Below are positions 21,101 through 29,627 of a stretch of DNA of 64,000 nt, piece after piece. Source of the stretch: Patescibacteria group bacterium (lineage in GTDB: Bacteria > Patescibacteriota > Microgenomatia > UBA1400 > PJMF01); assembly GCA_049322655.1 (NCBI GenBank), contig JBMORP010000006.1, positions 320,410 to 384,409 of the forward strand, given 5' to 3'. The position numbers and the translations under genes are program-made. How positions within the stretch are numbered: position 1 is the first letter of the stretch; each line of letters begins with the position of its first letter. The notes under the pieces were generated by a model. It was not told the origin of the DNA and did not search any database. It was given only the letters and a program-made list of their open reading frames with translations.

Positions 21101-21448
21101 AATACCAACTCCACCAACTAAAAACATTAAAAAGATAAACACTAATCTTAAGTTAGCCACTGGTACAAATAAACTTAACAAAAAAATCAATGGTAAACGA
21201 AAAATCTCTGCTAGTTGCCCTTGAGCAGATGGAGCACCCAAACTTTGGTGTTCACTCCAAGCTCCAAAAAAAACTTGCCTAGCATACTCAATTAGGTCAA
21301 ATTCAGGATGAACATTATCCCAGCCAGAATAAAACCAACCCCATTTGATATTAACTAAGGCCGTAGTGACAGCAGTAGCAATTACTACTAATAATGGCAG
21401 CGAATTCCACAAATTCTTTATGGTAAAAATTTTCAAAAAATTTTTCAA
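18110..21448 (-). CDS. Large polytopic membrane protein (about 14 TM, then an extracytoplasmic domain of about 500 aa and a C-terminal TM), possibly a GT-C/YfhO-like glycosyltransferase
   Basis: 1112 aa. The architecture resembles YfhO/ArnT-like GT-C enzymes, but the family assignment is inference only. Confidence 0.5.
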   Translation of the reverse strand: MKNFLKIFTIKNLWNSLPLLVVIATAVTTALVNIKWGWFYSGWDNVHPEFDLIEYARQVFFGAWSEHQSLGAPSAQGQLAEIFRLPLIFLLSLFVPVANLRLVFIFLMFLVGGVGIYFYLKCVWLNDKNKFWQSWLASLGAVFYLLHILTLQQFYISFEMFMVQFAFLPFLLLSIHFLLEKITAKSILYFLLLQFLIAPSAHTQTVFYLAVIFSLLYAFFLTLQKHKIVKAIQYGFLVGLITFFANSYWILPNLYYSFHNAHYVQESRDNQLFAPESVWSIREAGTIENLTSGKHYLFTWQDYNFSTKKHELIFNEWQDHLNQPIVIYLMKTLGVITLFGFVVTIFAQDKSWRRWAVLLFYIFCLVFVWIDLLPTNRILDQLYQSPTFREAFRNPFTKLSILYSFVSVILFITVVEKTVLFLVNLQKLKFFARFLAVLIFFTIYISPFVVAWPSFQGHFISEKLQIKYPDQYWVMFDYLKTRDKDLRILQLPQFTHAGWELYDWQFLAEENGYQGMGFYFFGFPQAFLNRDSDRWVETSDFFYYELKHVLDAADTEQFSLMTRKYNVDLVIIDETRVDPSRDHDLEQTKELLTKAGFKQVWQQDFLTIYERQAPNKEAEVLVPAKLSFVTGDTERVRTDFIYQQIGDYVLTDQADLVYPFADLMSHRLTDVIFEENNAKVWKYFKQDNYQLTIPALTDDQYLLPATISYQDRKVTVDFPHYVLLTEKQQIDLAKLENFEFSLSDETIPNEMVVFFNDFGVIVQKGETVFPIIEFEVGEEIKVEYAPKPEELDYNQTEAVSGLLFDTTELFTFTPNWSELTKEVVLDTHEIRALGLISIFPTLNVDLTKNPSINCVTGEIGEIETVITDNKVIYQAKDRAVNCNGYTFKDVSAAYSYVMRVAGRNYQGRGTKFFINYSNRNILPEDYLEQKNVFDLFITLGQVTTDARDIFSINWETRSFGKESMNALEKIQLQPLPLKRLAQITLKNSDFSQLTNNLTTKQDKKYLDSIFKIDYRCEQAPCFVGIDQTYDDLWLGIDWQNKKLVQHLRLNNWANLWQVPVGDNSLLVVYLPEIIALASLTIVVLTFISLVLVAGLSGKRAKLVEQKEEELAE

Positions 21449-21554
21449 GTTATCTCATTTTAAACCAGAGTTAACTTGATTTTATAGGGACAATTTTAAA
21501 AAAAGCTTCCAAAATTACAATTCAAAAGAAACAAATGTTTATTTCCTTTGGATT

Positions 21555-21581
21555 GTCGGTGGGGCTTGTGACCCCACCGAC
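21555..21581. other. Perfect 10-bp stem / 7-nt loop hairpin (GTCGGTGGGG-cttgtga-CCCCACCGAC) at the left edge of the GC-rich island
   Basis: Seen directly in the sequence. It sits 20 nt downstream of the stop of the 21602-22459 minus-strand gene. There is no U-run, so it is not a canonical intrinsic terminator. Confidence 0.5.
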
Positions 21582-21601
21582 AGGTAAAACAGGGTGAGAA
21601 G

Positions 21602-22459
21602 TTACGGAGCGTTGACGTTCGTGTGCAAAAGCACCCAGCCGAACTCGGTCGTATGCCGGTAAATGCCATAACTGCCATCGTTAATGTCCAAGAGGACAAC
21701 AATGGAAATCGGACACCCTTGGATGCCGCAGTTATCATAGCGATGACCAGCGTCGATGTCTTCCTCCAAGTGAATCTGGGAGAAAAAGCCGCCGTGACCA
21801 ACGGGAATCGGATAGCGCATAACTTTCACGCGCCCGGGATGCTCGGTGATGAACGACACCGGTGTGTTTCCATCACCTGGCATATCATAATTCCCGCGCA
21901 TCAACAGGGTGTAGTTGGTGTTTTCAGTCGCCTCAAAATCGAGGCGGAAAGATTCACCTTGGGCGTTCTGCAACGTGATTGTTGCCTGAGGAAACGTAAC
22001 CTTCATGTAACCCTCTTCAGGGAGCAAGTAGGTTGCGGTGTGATTTTCCATCAGGTTGTCAACCTGCGCGCCGCCATGCCAAACGGCAGATGGATTGGCA
22101 GCCGCTTCTTCTTCATTGTCTGCACCGATAACGCCTGGGTCGGCTAACATCCAGTTGGCGCTGTTCAAGGTGCTGGTGTTTTCAGGCTGAATAATACCAG
22201 CCCAACGAACAGGAGTGGTATCTCCGGGCACACCCCAGATACTCACACCCACCCGACTGATGTCGGGCCTGCCATCATCCGCGCTGACAGGATGGTCTTC
22301 AGCCTCAGGAGGTTGAGCCTCCACCTCTTCAGCAGGAGCAACCGCATAAGGCGGGTTGTCCCAGTAAAAGGTAAAGCCATTCTCATCGGCATGAAAACCA
22401 CAAGCTGAGAGCAGGAAGGTGGCAACAATAAGGAGTGAAAGAACACTTGCGTGTTTCAT
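21602..22459 (-). CDS. Lipoprotein of unknown function, inside the GC-rich island
   Basis: Signal peptide with lipobox LLSAC-G; 285 aa at about 55-62% GC. A strong SD (AAGGAGG) is 8 nt upstream. Confidence 0.6.
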   Translation of the reverse strand: MKHASVLSLLIVATFLLSACGFHADENGFTFYWDNPPYAVAPAEEVEAQPPEAEDHPVSADDGRPDISRVGVSIWGVPGDTTPVRWAGIIQPENTSTLNSANWMLADPGVIGADNEEEAAANPSAVWHGGAQVDNLMENHTATYLLPEEGYMKVTFPQATITLQNAQGESFRLDFEATENTNYTLLMRGNYDMPGDGNTPVSFITEHPGRVKVMRYPIPVGHGGFFSQIHLEEDIDAGHRYDNCGIQGCPISIVVLLDINDGSYGIYRHTTEFGWVLLHTNVNAP

Positions 22460-22588
22460 GGGTTTGGTCCTCCTTTTCTTTTATAAGAGCTTAGAGCGGA
22501 CCAGGTGCTCAGAGCTCAGGTAGGTGTACTCCCCAATCACGGGGAGCCAGAAGGGTTGAGGTATTGTTTCACCAGATTTCTCTGGTTA

Positions 22589-22637
22589 ACTCACTCAAAG
22601 AAAAACCTATCTTCATAAAGTTTCTCTTTGAGTGAGT
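22589..22637. repeat. Inverted repeat (13 bp perfect, ACTCACTCAAAGA / TCTTTGAGTGAGT, extendable to about 18 bp) with a 23-nt spacer
   Basis: Seen directly in the sequence; it lies in the intergenic region of the GC-rich island. Confidence 0.55.
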
Positions 22638-22944
22638 CACAAACCACAACATCTTCTTTTCCATAAAAAAGAAAAGTTTTATTAATTTCTCACCTGTTAA
22701 AGAGCAACTACTTGAAGTAGTTACCATGCTGAAAAAAGTTTTGTTCGCTTGAGCCAAGCGAGGTGCTTGGTTAGCAATTAAAGCTCCTCAGCTCAAAATC
22801 CTGGTAAGACTTTGAGCTAGGGACCTTCTTTAAAGTTTTTTAATAGTTCATACAAGGTCAAATTGTAGCAGTAAATGTCTTGTTTGTCAATATTATAGGA
22901 CTAATTTATATAATTTTTATCATAAACTTGATTTGTTAAAGGTA

Positions 22945-22981
22945 AATGCTCCACTCGTCTTTCTAAGAAAAGTGGAGCATT
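22945..22981 (-). terminator. Hairpin (11-bp perfect stem AATGCTCCACT/AGTGGAGCATT, 15-nt loop) downstream of the small lipoprotein gene; putative terminator
   Basis: It lies 23 nt past the stop of the 23004-23297 gene on the minus strand, and a partial U-tract follows. Confidence 0.45.
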
Positions 22982-23003
22982 ATTTGATGATGAAAGAAGC
23001 CTC

Positions 23004-23297
23004 TCACCGTGAAGGTGTGGCTGATGGAACAACCTGCTTGGTTGGAGCAGGGGTAGGTGCGTGAGCGGCATCGTAAGCCGCCTGAGCAACCTGCAAAGCA
23101 GCTTCAGCTGCCTCCACCTGCTTGTGAGCATTATAAAGCTCACAAGCAGGACCAGTCATTCCAGCATCCATGCACTCCACAGCGAGCGCTCCCATCATCT
23201 GTTGATATTCAGAGTCGCTCTTTCCTCCGCACCCAGTAATTAACAGGGCGGAAACGAGCAACAGTGAAACCAACGTGAGGATAGACCGCTTGGTCAT
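23004..23297 (-). CDS. Small lipoprotein of unknown function, inside the GC-rich island
   Basis: 97 aa with signal peptide plus lipobox LITGC-G; Ala/Gln-rich mature part with 2 Cys. SD GGAGG is 5 nt upstream; about 60% GC. Confidence 0.5.
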   Translation of the reverse strand: MTKRSILTLVSLLLVSALLITGCGGKSDSEYQQMMGALAVECMDAGMTGPACELYNAHKQVEAAEAALQVAQAAYDAAHAPTPAPTKQVVPSATPSR

Positions 23298-23446
23298 TTT
23301 TCCTCCAAAGATGGCATCAGCAGTTTTGAATTTGACTGTTAGAAGTTTTTCCAGGCAAACCTAGAAACTTCTTTCAGCCAGCTACTGACACTCGTAGTAT
23401 AACAAAATACCTCAAAATAGTCAATTATTATAGGATAAATTTTTAG

Positions 23447-24850
23447 CTACTTACGTCTCACCTCATAGCTATACAAATGACTTAAGAAAATAGCTGGAGG
23501 ATCTTCCAACAAAAACTGTTGAAACTCCTGGTACAAAGCTTTGCGTTCTTCTTGATCAATGGTTTTTCTAGCTTTCTCCAGTAAACTATCAATTCTCGTG
23601 TTTTTATATCTAGTAAAGTTAGTCGGTTGATCTGAGTGCCACAAAAAGTATTGATCAGGGTCTAGTGGTGACTCTTGACCTATTAATAGTAATTGAAAAT
23701 CATTGGTATCTGGAAAGCTACTAACTTTAAGATTAACTTTAATCTCCAAAAAAGCACAAAGTTCTTTATCTTCTACCTCTTTGGCAACTTGACATTCACC
23801 AATCGCTTTTTTACCAAGTTCAGACCATTGCTCAATAATATTCTCGGCTTCTTGTTCAAAAGTTTGAGTGGTAATTAAGTTCAGCTCCATTGGTTGCCTA
23901 GGCAAATCATCAAGCAATCTTTCCACAGCCCGATCCAAATTTTTTTCATAAGTTTTTCCACCTTCTAGGTAAGCCCATGAAGTAGGATCAATTGGTCCTC
24001 TAGCCTGAGTTCCATCGTCAACTGTTCCCAAAGCATAAGATAAAGCCTGACGAACATTTTTAGTCATTAATGGATCAGCATTGTTAAAGAAAACAGCCAG
24101 GTAACGATTGGTTTGGAGTCGTTCAGTTATTTCCACGTTTGGCCAATCTTTTAAATCTTCTGGGTCAGCTAAATCAGGAATAATATCTATTTCTCCTCTT
24201 TTAAAAGCATTAATTAAATCAGTTTCAGTGAGATAAAAACGATAAACTAGTTTTTTTTCTGGAGTTTCAATCACCAACTCTTCTAAACGATTCCCTTTTT
24301 TTTGGTAATCAGTAATTCTAGTATTACCAATACCAATCAACGTCGGACGACTAAAAAACCATAAATAACTCTCAATTCCCTGACGGAAGACAGGTTCAGC
24401 TAACACACTCGGAAATGGTGAAAAAGAGTCTGGCAACTTGAACACCAGGTCATTGGGGGTAGCAACTGTCTCAACATCAACAAACTGGTAGTTAATATCT
24501 TCAGGTAGAACTTCTTTACCATCTTGCCAAAAAATATCTTTTTTCAAAACAAAACGATATTGTTTACCATCATCTTCAACCACCCAACGCTGAGCTAAAT
24601 AAGGTTTAACTTCTTTATTTTCTGTTATCTGAGTCAAACCAGCACTTAACTGATTCTTAATTTCATTAGGCAAAGTATTAATAGTAAAACTGCCGATCAT
24701 CCCAATATATTCCTTGGGTTTAAAAGTAATTCGATCAACCAAAAAAGGAATGAAGAGAGAAAATACAACAATTGCTCCAACCAGTGAAGCTACTAAAATC
24801 CAACCATGTTTTTTGGCATAAGCAGTTAGATACCAATAAAAACGTCTCAT
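23447..24850 (-). CDS. Solute-binding protein family 5 (peptide/oligopeptide/nickel-type ABC SBP), membrane-anchored
   Basis: N-terminal TM anchor and SBP_bac_5-like regions (…DGKQYRFVLKKDIFWQDG… QYFLWHSD…). Confidence 0.55.
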   Translation of the reverse strand: MRRFYWYLTAYAKKHGWILVASLVGAIVVFSLFIPFLVDRITFKPKEYIGMIGSFTINTLPNEIKNQLSAGLTQITENKEVKPYLAQRWVVEDDGKQYRFVLKKDIFWQDGKEVLPEDINYQFVDVETVATPNDLVFKLPDSFSPFPSVLAEPVFRQGIESYLWFFSRPTLIGIGNTRITDYQKKGNRLEELVIETPEKKLVYRFYLTETDLINAFKRGEIDIIPDLADPEDLKDWPNVEITERLQTNRYLAVFFNNADPLMTKNVRQALSYALGTVDDGTQARGPIDPTSWAYLEGGKTYEKNLDRAVERLLDDLPRQPMELNLITTQTFEQEAENIIEQWSELGKKAIGECQVAKEVEDKELCAFLEIKVNLKVSSFPDTNDFQLLLIGQESPLDPDQYFLWHSDQPTNFTRYKNTRIDSLLEKARKTIDQEERKALYQEFQQFLLEDPPAIFLSHLYSYEVRRK

Positions 24851-24930
24851 TAGGCCTTCTTCAAAATAATAAATACTTTACCAGCCTTATTCTAGGCAGA
24901 AATCAGAACTTTGCCAAGCCTATGGTGGTA

Positions 24931-25143
24931 CTACATTAGAGACACGATGGAAACAGCAGCAAATAAAATAATTGCCACAATCGTCATGGTAAAGATTACC
25001 TTTTCGACTCCTCTTCTAGTATGAAAAGTTTCACCACCGCCACCCCAAGTAGAACCCAATCCACTGCCTTGAGCTTGAAGTAAGATAAACACCACAATTA
25101 AAATAGCCAAAAAAATCTGAATTACCAAATAGATGTTTTGCAT
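24931..25143 (-). CDS. secG: Preprotein translocase subunit SecG
   Basis: 70 aa with two TM helices and the LQAQGSGLGSTWGGGGETFHTRRGVEK motif typical of SecG. Confidence 0.8.
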   Translation of the reverse strand: MQNIYLVIQIFLAILIVVFILLQAQGSGLGSTWGGGGETFHTRRGVEKVIFTMTIVAIILFAAVSIVSLM

Positions 25144-25151
25144 ATATTCCT

Positions 25152-26723
25152 TTATTTAGTTTTTGCTTCAGCTCGATTTTCTCTGATCACTGTGACTCTA
25201 ACACTACCAGGAACCATCACTTTTTCTTGTACCTCATCACGAATCTTAGTAGCCAAAACTTCAACGTCATTATCTTTGGATTTTTCTGGTTCTAATAACA
25301 CTCTCAATTCACGACCAGCTTGAACAGCATAAGCGTTTTTAACCTCTGGATAAGAAGTAGCAATCTCTTCTAGATCTTCTAGACGCTTAATGTATTCTTC
25401 GTGGTTTTCATAACGAGCTCCTGGTCTGGCTCCAGAGATAGCATCAGCTACATAAACAGCCATTTGTTCTGGTCCGGAAAAAGGCTCGTCCTCATGGTGT
25501 TGAGCAATACAATCAACCACTTTTTGGGGCATACCAAATTTTTTGGCGATTCTGACACCAAGAGCAATATGGTTATCATCTGGATCTTCAGCCACTTTAC
25601 CAATATCGTGTAATAAACAACCTAGTTTGACCGTGTTGACATCAAGACCTAATTCATGAGCGATCTTGGTTCCAATCTTGGTTTCTTCGATAGTGTGAGT
25701 AATCATGCTTTGACCATAAGAAAATCTGTATTTAAAACGACCCAACATCGCAATTAAACCAGAGGGTAGGTTGTAAACACCCACAGCATGACAGAGTTGT
25801 TTACCAGCCTCAAAAATAGTTTTTTCGATCTCTTTTTCGACTTTATCGATCACTTCTTCAATCTTGGCTGGTTGGATACGACCGTCCTTCACCAATCTTT
25901 CCAAAGAAATACGAGCAATTTCTCTTCTAACTGGATCAAAACTAGAAAGCTTGACTTCGTTTGGCGCTGCATCTAGATCTACATCAACTCCAGTGCGACG
26001 TTCAAAAGAGTGAATATTGCGACCATTTTTACCAATAATCTTCCCTTTGATTTCTTCAGATGGAATATTCACCACTGAAACAGTGTATTCTGCCACATTA
26101 TCAGTAGCTCCATACTTCATTGCATCAATTAAGATTTGAGCAGCTTTTTCATCGGCTTCCTGCTTGGCAACTTCTTCTCGTTCCTTGATATATCTGGCCA
26201 TTTCATCGGCCATTTTCTTTTCTAAACCATCCATCAATAGCTGTTTAGCTTCTTCTTTGGATAACTTGGCAATCTTTTCTAAACGATTAAGTAATCTCTC
26301 CTTAGTTTTTTCGATTTCTTCACGAGCCTGAGCCAGTTTTTCTTTTTCTCGCTCTAAGTTTTCTTCTTTTCTTTCCAAACCAGATAAACGATCATCTAAA
26401 CGATCTAACTTTGTTTCCAAAAAACGTTGTTGTTCTTCTAATTGTTTCTCTAGAGTTCTAGCTTTCTTTTCAGCCTCAGTTCTAATAGCCAAAGCCTCAT
26501 CTTTGGCTTCAACAATAATCTCTCTGGCTTTTGCCTGAGCCTCTCTCTCTATCGCCTTATAATCAATTTCAGGTAAAACTTTATTATCCCTATGTTGCTT
26601 TTTTGGCTTTAAAACAGGTTTTTGTTTAATTTTTGGTGCCTGTTCTTTATTAACAACTACTGGTGTTTTTTCACCGGCTGGTTGTTCACCAAACAGTTTT
26701 GATAAATTATTAAAAAATGACAT
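25152..26723 (-). CDS. rny: Ribonuclease Y
   Basis: N-terminal anchor, coiled-coil, KH domain (IIGKNGRNIHSFERRTGVDV) and HD domain (LLHDIGK). Confidence 0.9.
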   Translation of the reverse strand: MSFFNNLSKLFGEQPAGEKTPVVVNKEQAPKIKQKPVLKPKKQHRDNKVLPEIDYKAIEREAQAKAREIIVEAKDEALAIRTEAEKKARTLEKQLEEQQRFLETKLDRLDDRLSGLERKEENLEREKEKLAQAREEIEKTKERLLNRLEKIAKLSKEEAKQLLMDGLEKKMADEMARYIKEREEVAKQEADEKAAQILIDAMKYGATDNVAEYTVSVVNIPSEEIKGKIIGKNGRNIHSFERRTGVDVDLDAAPNEVKLSSFDPVRREIARISLERLVKDGRIQPAKIEEVIDKVEKEIEKTIFEAGKQLCHAVGVYNLPSGLIAMLGRFKYRFSYGQSMITHTIEETKIGTKIAHELGLDVNTVKLGCLLHDIGKVAEDPDDNHIALGVRIAKKFGMPQKVVDCIAQHHEDEPFSGPEQMAVYVADAISGARPGARYENHEEYIKRLEDLEEIATSYPEVKNAYAVQAGRELRVLLEPEKSKDNDVEVLATKIRDEVQEKVMVPGSVRVTVIRENRAEAKTK

Positions 26724-27098
26724 ACTTTTACTTTCTTTTTAACTAATCACTCTTCAGCTGATTAACATCAGCCAAGTAACTGCATTAAGCACTCTTTAAG
26801 GTATGGAAAAACTAGTGATGAATCACTAAACAGAAAGCGCCTCTAGCGCCTGACTCGTTATAGACTGATAATGGCTATTAACATTGGTCATAAATTAATA
26901 ATTAGATTTGTAAGTCCGTTATTATTTCTGTTTGCGTTTTTTTCCAAATTATCTCTCTCGAGACATAGCGCAAATTACTTGTGTGGAGATTATATGTCTT
27001 ATCTGCTCTTTAGTCAATCAAAATTCTAGTTTTTAAAAAATAAAAATTACTATATATCAATCTTTTTTAAAAATAACTCGACTAAAAGAAAATAAATT

Positions 27099-27124
27099 CA
27101 GCCCTTTTTAAGTTAAAAGGGCTG
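27099..27124 (-). terminator. Rho-independent terminator of recA (CAGCCCTTTT-taagtt-AAAAGGGCTG followed by a U-run on the minus strand)
   Basis: Hairpin 12 nt past the recA stop; the plus-strand A-run upstream gives a U-tract in the transcript. Confidence 0.65.
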
Positions 27125-27135
27125 AATAATCAACC

Positions 27136-28191
27136 CTATTTCTTAGAGTCAGCCTCCTTAATCGTCTCCCAAATTTTCTTTTCAATCTCTTTTCTCAAAG
27201 CTAAATCTTCTTTAAGTTTGTCTTTGGTCGCTTCTCTACCTTGGGCCAATACTTCACCGTTATACTTGTAAAAACTACCAGCCTTTTCCAAAACTCCTTT
27301 TTCTACACCTAAATCAACCACATCTCCTTCTCTAGAAATACCCCGTTCATCCATATCAAATTCTGCAACTTTAAATGGTGGCGCCACTTTATTTTTCTTT
27401 ACTTTGACTCGGTGTCTACTCCCAACAATCTCCTCACCCTCTTGAATATTACCAATTTTACGAATATCCAAACGCTGAGAAGCATAGAACTTCAAAGCAT
27501 TACCACCAGTAGTGGTTTCAGGACTACCAAACATGACGCCAATTTTCATTCTGATTTGATTGGTAAAAATCATCAGCGTGTTAGTTTTGCTAAGAGCAGC
27601 TGTAAGTTTACGCATTGCCTGAGACATCAATCTGGCTTGAGTACCCATCTGATGGTCGCCCATTTCACCCTCAATTTCTGATTTGGGCACTAAAGCTGCT
27701 ACTGAGTCAATAATCACCAAATCAACACCCCCTGATCTAACCAGGGTTTCAGCAATCTCCAAAGCCTGCTCACCATAATCTGGTTGAGAAATTAACAATT
27801 CCTCCAAGTTTACCCCAATTTTTTCTGCTCTTACCGGATCCAAAGCATGTTCTACATCTACAAAAGCTGCCACTCCACCGTGACGTTGAACCTCAGCAAT
27901 GGCATGCAAACAAAGAGTAGTTTTACCAGAAGCTTCAGGGCCATAAATCTCAACAATTCTACCTTTGGGGAAACCACCAACTCCAAGAGCCATATTAAGA
28001 GATAAAGAACCAGTGGAAATCACTGGAATCTTGGGCATGTTTTTTAAAGATTCACCCATTTTCATGATTGAACCTTTCCCAAACTGTTGTTCAATTTGTT
28101 TCATGGCAATCCCAACTGCTTGTTGCTTGCCATCTCTGGAAACCATCTCCAAGTTACTTTCAGCATCGATTGATTTTTTCTTTTTCGACAT
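27136..28191 (-). CDS. recA: Recombinase RecA
   Basis: Walker [12 protein letters not shown]1/L2 regions and …[16 protein letters not shown]…; 351 aa. Confidence 0.95.
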   Translation of the reverse strand: MSKKKKSIDAESNLEMVSRDGKQQAVGIAMKQIEQQFGKGSIMKMGESLKNMPKIPVISTGSLSLNMALGVGGFPKGRIVEIYGPEASGKTTLCLHAIAEVQRHGGVAAFVDVEHALDPVRAEKIGVNLEELLISQPDYGEQALEIAETLVRSGGVDLVIIDSVAALVPKSEIEGEMGDHQMGTQARLMSQAMRKLTAALSKTNTLMIFTNQIRMKIGVMFGSPETTTGGNALKFYASQRLDIRKIGNIQEGEEIVGSRHRVKVKKNKVAPPFKVAEFDMDERGISREGDVVDLGVEKGVLEKAGSFYKYNGEVLAQGREATKDKLKEDLALRKEIEKKIWETIKEADSKK

Positions 28192-28346
28192 AAAATTCTA
28201 ATCCTTTCTTTTTTCGCTATACCCACACATTACCCCAAACTAATAACCACTACAAGCTACAAAATTATTAGTTTGATTGCTTAAGATTATAAAAACTAAA
28301 ACTGACACTTTTTAGTTAAACTTTGGTACAATCAGCTGACAAAACC

Positions 28347-28420
28347 CGGAGAGTGGCGCAGATGGCTAGCGCGCGCGCATGGGGTGCGCGAGGTCGCAGG
28401 TTCGAGTCCTGTCTCTCCGA
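28347..28420 (+). tRNA. tRNA-Pro (anticodon GGG)
   Basis: Hand-folded: acceptor CGGAGAG/CTCTCCG, D-arm GCGC…GCGC, anticodon stem-loop CGCGC-ATGGGGT-GCGCG (G37), T-arm GCAGG-TTCGAGT-CCTGT. Confidence 0.75.
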
Positions 28421-28428
28421 CAAAGCAG

Positions 28429-28453
28429 AAAACTGGCTAAATGCCAGTTTTTT
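28429..28453 (+). terminator. Rho-independent terminator after tRNA-Pro (AAAACTGGC-taaat-GCCAGTTTTTT)
   Basis: Perfect 9-bp stem followed by a T-run, seen directly. Confidence 0.75.
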
Positions 28454-28659
28454 GGTTTGTTGGAGAAACTAAAGAAAAAAAGCTTAGGTTCGCTCTATCA
28501 AGAACATAGTGCAAACGCAGTGCACTATGCTGGATAGCGTGAAGAAGCGCAAGTGGAACCAGATACATAACTGAAAGTTATGCTGGTGAAACGAGCAAGC
28601 TCACTCGTCTCTGTCTCTCCGGCAACATTATTTGTGTTTAATGTTATAATATAGGCCAT

Positions 28660-29088
28660 ATGAAAGTTGAAAATTCTGCAAAACTCTGGACAGGCTTATT
28701 TACTGTAATCTTACTTGGTATCGTCGGTTACTTTGGCTATAAATATTACTTCTCTAAAGATGAAGTCGTTGATCTAAACCAGGATGATGAAACTATAGAG
28801 CCAACCACTGCTCCATTCAGATGGGACCTTTACTTGGATGAAGAAGAAGCCACTGAAGAGGCCGTCCCCACTAAAAAGGTTGAAGAAAAACAAACCACAC
28901 CTAAAAATTCTACTACTACAACTCAACCAGCCCAAGCTGTAACCAAAACCACAGAAACAACTGTTACCACCACCACTACTACCAATGTTGATGGTAAAGA
29001 AACTAGTGAGACTCAGACATACACCACCAATGATGGCAACATCAATGTTGAAGTAAAATCTGAAGCTCATTCTGAATCGAGCAACTAA
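28660..29088 (+). CDS. Membrane-anchored Thr-rich hypothetical protein
   Basis: N-terminal TM helix, acidic segment and poly-Thr tract (TTVTTTTTTN). Confidence 0.4.
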   Translation: MKVENSAKLWTGLFTVILLGIVGYFGYKYYFSKDEVVDLNQDDETIEPTTAPFRWDLYLDEEEATEEAVPTKKVEEKQTTPKNSTTTTQPAQAVTKTTETTVTTTTTTNVDGKETSETQTYTTNDGNINVEVKSEAHSESSN

Positions 29089-29149
29089 TTTAGTAATTTG
29101 TTACTTAGCTTACTGCTCGTAACTGTTATTCTGTTAAACTGGTCTTGTT

Positions 29150-29626
29150 ATGTTAAAACCACTAGACCAAGCTCCTTTGGACATCCCAGTTATAGATAAT
29201 CAAGGTAAAAAAACCTCTCTCAACGAACATCTGGGACAATATCTCGTTATTTATTTTTACCCAAAAGACAATACTCCAGGTTGTACCACCGAAGCTTGTA
29301 GCTTTCGTGATGCTAATGTTGAATTACAAAAACTAGGAGTTAAAGTCATTGGAATAAGTAAAGACTCACTATCTTCACATCAAAAATTTGCTGAAAAGCA
29401 TCGCTTAAATTTTCCACTTTGGTCTGACCCAGATCACCAACTCTTAAAAGCATTTGGCGCTTGGGGCCAAAAGAATCGCTTTGGGAAAATTTATATGGGA
29501 ATTATTCGTTCCACATTTATCATTGATCCACAAGGAAAAATTATAAAAACCTGGGAAAAAGTTAACGTCAAAAACCACACCCAAGAAGTCTTGACCTTTC
29601 TTAAAGAAAAACTTAACAATAAGTAA
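29150..29626 (+). CDS. bcp: Peroxiredoxin, Bcp-type (AhpC/TSA family thiol peroxidase)
   Basis: FYPKDNTPGCTTEACSFRD holds the peroxidatic and resolving Cys; 158 aa. Confidence 0.85.
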   Translation: MLKPLDQAPLDIPVIDNQGKKTSLNEHLGQYLVIYFYPKDNTPGCTTEACSFRDANVELQKLGVKVIGISKDSLSSHQKFAEKHRLNFPLWSDPDHQLLKAFGAWGQKNRFGKIYMGIIRSTFIIDPQGKIIKTWEKVNVKNHTQEVLTFLKEKLNNK

Positions 29627-29627
29627 A

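Noticed and set aside
21496-22446. ORFs 21496..21801, 21623..22147 and 22243..22446 inside the GC-rich island
   Set aside because: High GC suppresses stop codons in all frames. They overlap the well-formed lipoprotein gene (signal peptide, lipobox, SD), so they are treated as spurious.
26724-27135. 410-bp non-coding gap between rny and recA inspected for an ncRNA or riboswitch
   Set aside because: Only the recA terminator hairpin (27099-27124) and a few weak GCGC-type palindromes were found. No convincing conserved structure could be identified by eye.
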